Part shown: in pieces, positions 1 to 10,500 of the stretch | How the letters are laid out: the number at the start of each line of letters is the position of its first letter | How positions within the stretch are numbered: the first letter of the stretch is position 1 | Source of the DNA: Lingula anatina | Taxonomy: Eukaryota; Animalia; Brachiopoda | Assembly (NCBI GenBank): GCA_051362555.1 | Contig: CM120643.1 | Coordinates: forward strand, 5,456,001 to 5,520,000 | Reading direction: 5' to 3' | Length of the DNA stretch: 64,000 nucleotides | Position numbers and translations under genes: made by a program | Notes under the pieces: generated by a model | What the model saw: the letters and a program-made list of their open reading frames with translations, nothing else | What the model was told of the DNA's origin: nothing | The model's database searches: none

Positions 1-961
1 CTGGTTCAGGTTTTCGTCGATGACTACCATTGGTGTTTTGGCACCAATGTGGTATCCACTCCATATACTGACGCTGTTAATGACCTTAGTCACTTAGGAC
101 ACGGCACACGCTTCGTCGTTGGCCTCTTCTGGATGTCTGTAAACACTGTTTTGACTGTTGACCGGTACAGGTGAAATCTGACCTCAATAAAGAAAGCCAC
201 GAGATTTCAGTGTTCAGCCCAGAAACAGTCAAGGTCTCAAATTCAATAGAGAAACATACAACGATGTTTTGCTGTTTATAGTAGGTTCCTCGGAGGTCGT
301 CTGGCATGCTAACCTGCTAAAACCAGTTTGGTGTTCGCTAAGGGCCTTGAAAATTGCGTTTTGGTGGCAATTTACCCCTCATTCTGAACAGACTGGGTGG
401 TTTTTGTTTAGTTGCAACAGCATATCCCGAAAGGCAGTGGGTCCTGTACCCTGGTGGTAAGATTTCAATACATAGGGTGTGGCCTCTGTGTAGGTACATC
501 AGTCTGGGCATTACTCTATAAAACTGTGCGGACCGTTTCGTTTGGCACAATTATCTGTCTGGCAATGCCTGTCTTTTTCGTGCCATTCTGCCACAGATTA
601 ACAAATTTGTAAAGCACTGCATAGCTCATTTTACACACTGCAAACCCGACCACTTGCATGCAAAATTTCAAATTCTTCTATGCAGTAGTTGCCCACATAT
701 GGAGAGTTTTTTGACAGAACCATGCTTTGCCAAAACCAAGCCTTGACCTGCCCAAAGGAGCACTACCAAATTAAATCACTGCATATTACATAATGCAGCA
801 GCGCAACAAACCTGGTGTTCAGTTAATTGGTAGCGACACACCTGACTACACACTTCTCCATTTACATATCTTATATGAGATCGGAGTTTGTGAAAAAAGA
901 ACGCATTTTCACCTAGGCATACCTTCGAAACTGAAATATTCCATATTAAATGTCAAGTCTG
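1..961 (-). mobile_element. Partial copy of the decayed Tc1-like element (transposase 5' half and right TIR)
   Basis: Ends with the TIR aaatattccatattaaatgtcaagtctg (934-961) followed by TA; near-identical to 3557-4517. Confidence 0.85.
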
Positions 962-1105
962 TACAAAACGCGCCCAAAACCCAATTTAATCCTGGTATAT
1001 GCATATGGAATTTACCAGTGATACATCTTCACAACATATTAAAGTCTCATGTCCTCTGTTAAGGATATACTTTATAGGTTAATTTCAGTAATGCATCAAA
1101 ATTTT

Positions 1106-1365
1106 CTGGCCCAACTTTGGCCAAGCACATGGTTGGTTGTAAAACCAGTACTTGCCCAATGATGGAAAGCCAACCATTAGCATGGCACCAAGGTTGACAC
1201 AACGTATGGTTGCTCTTCAGCAGTAAGTTGCATACAGACGTTGGCCAAACATCAGCTAGCCAACATTGGCCAAATGGCATTTGCTCAACCATAGCCTTTG
1301 GCCCAACGTCATGCCAATGTTCAATTTCTAATATTTTGACAGCCAAGGTTGGCTCACTGCCATGT
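1106..1365. repeat. CCAAnnTTGG-rich segment in each monomer, probably a decayed MITE-like element
   Basis: Repeated palindromic motifs ccaactttgg, ccaaggttg, ccaacattgg, acgttggcc, ccaaggttgg. A similar tract lies at ~58050-58240. Confidence 0.5.
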
Positions 1366-2858
1366 GCCTATCCAATCTTCATTGCTCTTCGTCATACTTC
1401 CGACATTGTTTAATTCTTTCTATTCCAAGCATCTCCCATGGCGTCTCCTGCCACTTGTCAGCTGAGCCAAGTAAGACGCAGGGAGAATGATGCCGTTCTT
1501 ACCCAGGAAGGGTATGAACGCCTTGAAATATGTTGGATTTTCCATCAGTACTTATTGACACTAAAATCATCCATAGATATGGGGTGCACGCAGTGTTAAA
1601 TTACAAAAAGCAGAGGCACATTAATCCCACAATGTCATCAACAGCAATTGGGACCACAAATAAACAATGAAACGTTTTTACTAACAATAATGATCTACCT
1701 TTTAACATTAAAACTTATGATTAATGGACATATAAAGCTGAACAAAGACACATTCCATGTCACAGTCTACCAATGCTTATATGTTAAATGCATTACTTAC
1801 AGCAACACAACTCTCTATAAATCATTGCTTGGTTTTATTTAAATTCTAAATTTTAAATGATATACCAGTATTTCCCCTACTCCCATGTTTTTAAATGCGC
1901 CCATTCAAGTCACAGTTCATTACATGATACTAAATTAAATCCTTAATGGCACAGTTTTCCGTTCTGAGAACCCCTAGAAATAAAACACTTAGACATCAAA
2001 GATTAAGAACACGCATGTTCCAATCCATTTTCAAGGAGTTGTACGAGTATCCTTTGTTCCCAGCAATCTCCTATATAGTTTATTGCTGTCTCCGCAATTA
2101 CAGTGTAACTAAATACGAGGACAACGTCGCAATCATGCCTAGACAAACTCTAAGACCAAATTCTGCACCCTTGCCACTTTTGTAACTTAAAATCTTCAAG
2201 ATATATATATCAAATTTAGAATACAATATTTTCCAGTAGTAATTCTTGTTTTACAATGTTTTTGATGTAAGGGTGAATTATTTTGGATTCACTTTTATAA
2301 TTTAAAACATTCTTAGCAACTCGTCCTTGAGTTCAGTTGGCACAGGGGTAAGTTATCGTATCATTTCTAGCACAATTGCTGGTAGCAACGCACAGCTACC
2401 AGTCACTCAAAGGTTTATTCGTGTGCGTGACAGAATGGTTCGTCTACAGCCAGCAGCTCAAGAATGACTCATTATAACCATTGGAATATCATATGTATTC
2501 TACCAGTAGGCCACTCTGATTAAAATCCATGGATGACATCATCTAGAAACCCTAAAACTAATACCAGTGGGCAAAAAAATGTTGCTCAAGTGAAAGAATG
2601 CACAAGCTGCTGGAGATTACGCAAATAAAGTAACAGAACGCACAGTATTTAACAAACAAGATATCGTAATTGGCGCTTAGGACACTAAAGAGTCAGTAGT
2701 CATCTGCTTTACCTCAGTGTATCAAACTGAATTTGCCCATCTTCTGTCCACTAAATCCGAACAAAGCAACCCAATCCCTCTCATTCCCGTCATTTATGTA
2801 TAAAAAATGTGCATGGTGCCCTGGACAGGACGTCTTTGGAGCCGTCTCAGTGAAAGTA

Positions 2859-4517
2859 CACACTTGACATTTAATATGGAATATTTTTTTCCAAATCATT
2901 TTTCATCATTTTTTTCCTGTTTAGCTGACTGATAAATTAAAATAAGGATTAAATTCGTGTTTTTATAACTTTTAATTATCTCTTTGATGTCACTGTGGCA
3001 TCATTTCATTAATGGAATTCGCCAGAGGAGCAAACAAAAACACATTGCCTATTCTATGTCATACGACAACCATTAAAAGGGATATTTTGGACCTCCATAT
3101 TTTCCAAATTATTGTCTGTAAAAGAGTTAAACACTCCACAAAGGACCCTCATGTCAGTGTCTAGTCACAGTACCGGTCGCTGTTACGCCTGACTTCTTCC
3201 GGCTGCTACCAGCGCTGTCAAGTGGCAAGGCATTCCTTGGGATAGGTTTTTTAAGTTCAATCTGGAATAACTTTCCAGACATCGGTCAAAATCTGCCCAA
3301 TTTGGTCCAGTATTGTTGTAGGACATGTAGGCCATTGATTCGGAGAGAAATGGCCTACCCACATATTGTCTATGTGGTTCAAATATGGCGAATTTTATGA
3401 CCAATGTAGCTGCTCATTCTCTTGGTTCTGTAAGTAAACTGCTATTAAAAGTGCTCTGTGTGAACCGGCAATCTCACCGTGCAACATAAAATTGTTCTTA
3501 AGTTGTCCCCTATCAAATGACAGCCAAGTGGTTCCCAGATTATTTCTTTATTTGTTCTGGTTCAGGTTTTCGTCGATGACTACCATTGGTGTTTTGGCAC
3601 CAATGTGGTATCCACTCCATATACTGACGCTGTTAATGACCTTAGTCACTTAGGACGCGGCACACGCTTCGTCGTTGGCCTCTTCTGGATGTCTGTAAAC
3701 ACTGTTTTGACTGTTGACCGGTACAGGTGAAATCTGACCTCAATAAAGAAAGCCACGAGATTTCAGTGTTCAGCCCAGAAACAGTCAAGGTCTCAAATTC
3801 AATAGAGAAACATACAACGATGTTTTGCTGTTTATAGTAGGTTCCTCGGAGGTCGTCTGGCATGCTAACCTGCTAAAACCAGTTTGGTGTTCGCTAAGGG
3901 CCTTGAAAATTGCGTTTTGGTGGCAATTTACCCCTCATTCTGAACAGACTGGGTGGTTTTTGTTTAGTTGCAACAGCATATCCCGAAAGGCAGTGGGTCC
4001 TGTACCCTGGTGGTAAGATTTCAATACATAGGGTGTGGCCTCTGTGTAGGTACATCAGTCTGGGCATTACTCTATAAAACTGTGCGGAACGTTTCGTTTG
4101 GCACAATTATCTGTCTGGCAATGCCTGTCTTTTTCGTGCCATTCTGCCACAGATTAACAAATTTGTAAAGCACTGCATAGCTCATTTTACACACTGCAAA
4201 CCCGACCACTTGCATGCAAAATTTCAAATTCTTCTATGCAGTAGTTGCCCACATATGGAGAGTTTTTTGACAGAACCATGCTTTGCCAAAACCAAGCCTT
4301 GACCTGCCCAAAGGAGCACTACCAAATTAAATCACTGCATATTACATAATGCAGCAGCGCAACAAACCTGGTGTTCAGTTAATTGGTAGCGACACACCTG
4401 ACTACACACTTCTCCATTTACATATCTTATATGAGATCGGAGTTTGTGAAAAAAGAACGCATTTTCACCTAGGCATACCTTCGAAACTGAAATATTCCAT
4501 ATTAAATGTCAAGTCTG
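2859..4517 (-). mobile_element. Full-length decayed Tc1/mariner element present in every monomer (representative copy)
   Basis: 28-bp TIRs cacacttgacatttaatatggaatattt (2859-2886) and aaatattccatattaaatgtcaagtctg (4490-4517) with one mismatch; TA on both sides. Other copies: 6415-8073, 9971-11629, 13527-15185, 17083-18741, 20636-22283, 24181-25839, 27734-29381, 31273-32932, 34824-36483, 38381-40029, 41926-~43583, 45468-47116. Confidence 0.9.
3183..4190 (-). pseudogene. Tc1-like transposase remnant with many stops and frameshifts (representative copy; ends approximate)
   Basis: Minus-strand fragments LWQNGTKKTGIARQ, SRPLANTKLVLAG*HARRP, SVSIWSGYHIGAKTPMVVIDENLNQ and LKNLSQGMPCHLTALVAAG align by eye with the Tc1 at 62390-63415 (SRSLVNKRLLQAGYFAQRP, NVSVWGAFHVGAQNQLVFLGGNLIQ, LKNMSQGMPCRMRALQAAAG). 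Confidence 0.85.
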
Positions 4518-7500
4518 TACAAAACGCGCCCAAAACCCAATTTAATCCTGGTATATGCATATGGAATTTACCAGTGATACATCTTCACAACATATTAAAG
4601 TCTCATGTCCTCTGTTAAGGATATACTTTATAGGTTAATTTCAGTAATGCATCAAAATTTTCTGGCCCAACTTTGGCCAAGCACATGGTTGGTTGTAAAA
4701 CCAGTACTTGCCCAATGATGGAAAGCCAACCATTAGCATGGCACCAAGGTTGACACAACGTATGGTTGCTCTTCAGCAGTAAGTTGCATACAGACGTTGG
4801 CCAAACATCAGCTAGCCAACATTGGCCAAATGGCATTTGCTCAACCATAGCCTTTGGCCCAACGTCATGCCAATGTTCAATTTCTAATATTTTGACAGCC
4901 AAGGTTGGCTCACTGCCATGTGCCTATCCAATCTTCATTGCTCTTCGTCATACTTCCGACATTGTTTAATTCTTTCTATTCCAAGCATCTCCCATGGCGT
5001 CTCCTGCCACTTGTCAGCTGAGCCAAGTAAGACGCAGGGAGAATGATGCCGTTCTTACCCAGGAAGGGTATGAACGCCTTGAAATATGTTGGATTTTCCA
5101 TCAGTACTTATTGACACTAAAATCATCCATAGATATGGGGTGCACGCAGTGTTAAATTACAAAAAGCAGAGGCACATTAATCCCACAATGTCATCAACAG
5201 CAATTGGGACCACAAATAAACAATGAAACGTTTTTACTAACAATAATGATCTACCTTTTAACATTAAAACTTATGATTAATGGACATATAAAGCTGAACA
5301 AAGACACATTCCATGTCACAGTCTACCAATGCTTATATGTTAAATGCATTACTTACAGCAACACAACTCTCTATAAATCATTGCTTGGTTTTATTTAAAT
5401 TCTAAATTTTAAATGATATACCAGTATTTCCCCTACTCCCATGTTTTTAAATGCGCCCATTCAAGTCACAGTTCATTACATGATACTAAATTAAATCCTT
5501 AATGGCACAGTTTTCCGTTCTGAGAACCCCTAGAAATAAAACACTTAGACATCAAAGATTAAGAACACGCATGTTCCAATCCATTTTCAAGGAGTTGTAC
5601 GAGTATCCTTTGTTCCCAGCAATCTCCTATATAGTTTATTGCTGTCTCCGCAATTACAGTGTAACTAAATACGAGGACAACGTCGCAATCATGCCTAGAC
5701 AAACTCTAAGACCAAATTCTGCACCCTTGCCACTTTTGTAACTTAAAATCTTCAAGATATATATATCAAATTTAGAATACAATATTTTCCAGTAGTAATT
5801 CTTGTTTTACAATGTTTTTGATGTAAGGGTGAATTATTTTGGATTCACTTTTATAATTTAAAACATTCTTAGCAACTCGTCCTTGAGTTCAGTTGGCACA
5901 GGGGTAAGTTATCGTATCATTTCTAGCACAATTGCTGGTAGCAACGCACAGCTACCAGTCACTCAAAGGTTTATTCGTGTGCGTGACAGAATGGTTCGTC
6001 TACAGCCAGCAGCTCAAGAATGACTCATTATAACCATTGGAATATCATATGTATTCTACCAGTAGGCCACTCTGATTAAAATCCATGGATGACATCATCT
6101 AGAAACCCTAAAACTAATACCAGTGGGCAAAAAAATGTTGCTCAAGTGAAAGAATGCACAAGCTGCTGGAGATTACGCAAATAAAGTAACAGAACGCACA
6201 GTATTTAACAAACAAGATATCGTAATTGGCGCTTAGGACACTAAAGAGTCAGTAGTCATCTGCTTTACCTCAGTGTATCAAACTGAATTTGCCCATCTTC
6301 TGTCCACTAAATCCGAACAAAGCAACCCAATCCCTCTCATTCCCGTCATTTATGTATAAAAAATGTGCATGGTGCCCTGGACAGGACGTCTTTGGAGCCG
6401 TCTCAGTGAAAGTACACACTTGACATTTAATATGGAATATTTTTTTCCAAATCATTTTTCATCATTTTTTTCCTGTTTAGCTGACTGATAAATTAAAATA
6501 AGGATTAAATTCGTGTTTTTATAACTTTTAATTATCTCTTTGATGTCACTGTGGCATCATTTCATTAATGGAATTCGCCAGAGGAGCAAACAAAAACACA
6601 TTGCCTATTCTATGTCATACGACAACCATTAAAAGGGATATTTTGGACCTCCATATTTTCCAAATTATTGTCTGTAAAAGAGTTAAACACTCCACAAAGG
6701 ACCCTCATGTCAGTGTCTAGTCACAGTACCGGTCGCTGTTACGCCTGACTTCTTCCGGCTGCTACCAGCGCTGTCAAGTGGCAAGGCATTCCTTGGGATA
6801 GGTTTTTTAAGTTCAATCTGGAATAACTTTCCAGACATCGGTCAAAATCTGCCCAATTTGGTCCAGTATTGTTGTAGGACATGTAGGCCATTGATTCGGA
6901 GAGAAATGGCCTACCCACATATTGTCTATGTGGTTCAAATATGGCGAATTTTATGACCAAGGTAGCTGCTCATTCTCTTGGTTCTGTAAGTAAACTGCTA
7001 TTAAAAGTGCTCTGTGTGAACCGGCAATCTCACCGTGCAACATAAAATTGTTCTTAAGTTGTCCCCTATCAAATGACAGCCAAGTGGTTCCCAGATTATT
7101 TCTTTATTTGTTCTGGTTCAGGTTTTCGTCGATGACTACCATTGGTGTTTTGGCACCAATGTGGTATCCACTCCATATACTGACGCTGTTAATGACCTTA
7201 GTCACTTAGGACGCGGCACACGCTTCGTCGTTGGCCTCTTCTGGATGTCTGTAAACACTGTTTTGACTGTTGACCGGTACAGGTGAAATCTGACCTCAAT
7301 AAAGAAAGCCACGAGATTTCAGTGTTCAGCCCAGAAACAGTCAAGGTCTCAAATTCAATAGAGAAACATACAACGATGTTTTGCTGTTTATAGTAGGTTC
7401 CTCGGAGGTCGTCTGGCATGCTAACCTGCTAAAACCAGTTTGGTGTTCGCTAAGGGCCTTGAAAATTGCGTTTTGGTGGCAATTTACCCCTCATTCTGAA

Positions 7501-10500
7501 CAGACTGGGTGGTTTTTGTTTAGTTGCAACAGCATATCCCGAAAGGCAGTGGGTCCTGTACCCTGGTGGTAAGATTTCAATACATAGGGTGTGGCCTCTG
7601 TGTAGGTACATCAGTCTGGGCATTACTCTATAAAACTGTGCGGACCGTTTCGTTTGGCACAATTATCTGTCTGGCAATGCCTGTCTTTTTCGTGCCATTC
7701 TGCCACAGATTAACAAATTTGTAAAGCACTGCATAGCTCATTTTACACACTGCAAACCCGACCACTTGCATGCAAAATTTCAAATTCTTCTATGCAGTAG
7801 TTGCCCACATATGGAGAGTTTTTTGACAGAACCATGCTTTGCCAAAACCAAGCCTTGACCTGCCCAAAGGAGCACTACCAAATTAAATCACTGCATATTA
7901 CATAATGCAGCAGCGCAACAAACCTGGTGTTCAGTTAATTGGTAGCGACACACCTGACTACACACTTCTCCATTTACATATCTTATATGAGATCGGAGTT
8001 TGTGAAAAAAGAACGCATTTTCACCTAGGCATACCTTCGAAACTGAAATATTCCATATTAAATGTCAAGTCTGTACAAAACGCGCCCAAAACCCAATTTA
8101 ATCCTGGTATATGCATATGGAATTTACCAGTGATACATCTTCACAACATATTAAAGTCTCATGTCCTCTGTTAAGGATATACTTTATAGGTTAATTTCAG
8201 TAATGCATCAAAATTTTCTGGCCCAACTTTGGCCAAGCACATGGTTGGTTGTAAAACCAGTACTTGCCCAATGATGGAAAGCCAACCATTAGCATGGCAC
8301 CAAGGTTGACACAACGTATGGTTGCTCTTCAGCAGTAAGTTGCATACAGACGTTGGCCAAACATCAGCTAGCCAACATTGGCCAAATGGCATTTGCTCAA
8401 CCATAGCCTTTGGCCCAACGTCATGCCAATGTTCAATTTCTAATATTTTGACAGCCAAGGTTGGCTCACTGCCATGTGCCTATCCAATCTTCATTGCTCT
8501 TCGTCATACTTCCGACATTGTTTAATTCTTTCTATTCCAAGCATCTCCCATGGCGTCTCCTGCCACTTGTCAGCTGAGCCAAGTAAGACGCAGGGAGAAT
8601 GATGCCGTTCTTACCCAGGAAGGGTATGAACGCCTTGAAATATGTTGGATTTTCCATCAGTACTTATTGACACTAAAATCATCCATAGATATGGGGTGCA
8701 CGCAGTGTTAAATTACAAAAAGCAGAGGCACATTAATCCCACAATGTCATCAACAGCAATTGGGACCACAAATAAACAATGAAACGTTTTTACTAACAAT
8801 AATGATCTACCTTTTAACATTAAAACTTATGATTAATGGACATATAAAGCTGAACAAAGACACATTCCATGTCACAGTCTACCAATGCTTATATGTTAAA
8901 TGCATTACTTACAGCAACACAACTCTCTATAAATCATTGCTTGGTTTTATTTAAATTCTAAATTTTAAATGATATACCAGTATTTCCCCTACTCCCATGT
9001 TTTTAAATGCGCCCATTCAAGTCACAGTTCATTACATGATACTAAATTAAATCCTTAATGGCACAGTTTTCCGTTCTGAGAACCCCTAGAAATAAAACAC
9101 TTAGACATCAAAGATTAAGAACACGCATGTTCCAATCCATTTTCAAGGAGTTGTACGAGTATCCTTTGTTCCCAGCAATCTCCTATATAGTTTATTGCTG
9201 TCTCCGCAATTACAGTGTAACTAAATACGAGGACAACGTCGCAATCATGCCTAGACAAACTCTAAGACCAAATTCTGCACCCTTGCCACTTTTGTAACTT
9301 AAAATCTTCAAGATATATATATCAAATTTAGAATACAATATTTTCCAGTAGTAATTCTTGTTTTACAATGTTTTTGATGTAAGGGTGAATTATTTTGCAT
9401 TCACTTTTATAATTTAAAACATTCTTAGCAACTCGTCCTTGAGTTCAGTTGGCACAGGGGTAAGTTATCGTATCATTTCTAGCACAATTGCTGGTAGCAA
9501 CGCACAGCTACCAGTCACTCAAAGGTTTATTCGTGTGCGTGACAGAATGGTTCGTCTACAGCCAGCAGCTCAAGAATGACTCATTATAACCATTGGAATA
9601 TCATATGTATTCTACCAGTAGGCCACTCTGATTAAAATCCATGGATGACATCATCTAGAAACCCTAAAACTAATACCAGTGGGCAAAAAAATGTTGCTCA
9701 AGTGAAAGAATGCACAAGCTGCTGGAGATTACGCAAATAAAGTAACAGAACGCACAGTATTTAACAAACAAGATATCGTAATTGGCGCTTAGGACACTAA
9801 AGAGTCAGTAGTCATCTGCTTTACCTCAGTGTATCAAACTGAATTTGCCCATCTTCTGTCCACTAAATCCGAACAAAGCAACCCAATCCCTCTCATTCCC
9901 GTCATTTATGTATAAAAAATGTGCATGGTGCCCTGGACAGGACGTCTTTGGAGCCGTCTCAGTGAAAGTACACACTTGACATTTAATATGGAATATTTTT
10001 TTCCAAATCATTTTTCATCATTTTTTTCCTGTTTAGCTGACTGATAAATTAAAATAAGGATTAAATTCGTGTTTTTATAACTTTTAATTATCTCTTTGAT
10101 GTCACTGTGGCATCATTTCATTAATGGAATTCGCCAGAGGAGCAAACAAAAACACATTGCCTATTCTATGTCATACGACAACCATTAAAAGGGATATTTT
10201 GGACCTCCATATTTTCCAAATTATTGTCTGTAAAAGAGTTAAACACTCCACAAAGGACCCTCATGTCAGTGTCTAGTCACAGTACCGGTCGCTGTTACGC
10301 CTGACTTCTTCCGGCTGCTACCAGCGCTGTCAAGTGGCAAGGCATTCCTTGGGATAGGTTTTTTAAGTTCAATCTGGAATAACTTTCCAGACATCGGTCA
10401 AAATCTGCCCAATTTGGTCCAGTATTGTTGTAGGACATGTAGGCCATTGATTCGGAGAGAAATGGCCTACCCACATATTGTCTATGTGGTTCAAATATGG

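Noticed and set aside
1795-1990. Minus-strand coding exons suggested by splice-like sites
   Set aside because: The candidate exons have stops in all three frames.
2061-2110. Helitron terminus explaining rolling-circle amplification
   Set aside because: A hairpin lies near the array end, but there is no CTRR end, TC start or RepHel remnant.
1946-2185. Invariant 79-aa ORF (MAQFSVLR...) as a real protein
   Set aside because: The DNA itself is invariant, so there is no synonymous-change signal, and no motif was recognised. Kept only as a marker of the conserved core.
1381-2860. Hammerhead or HDV-like ribozyme in the monomer
   Set aside because: No CUGAUGA...GAAA core with flanking stems and no convincing nested pseudoknot found.
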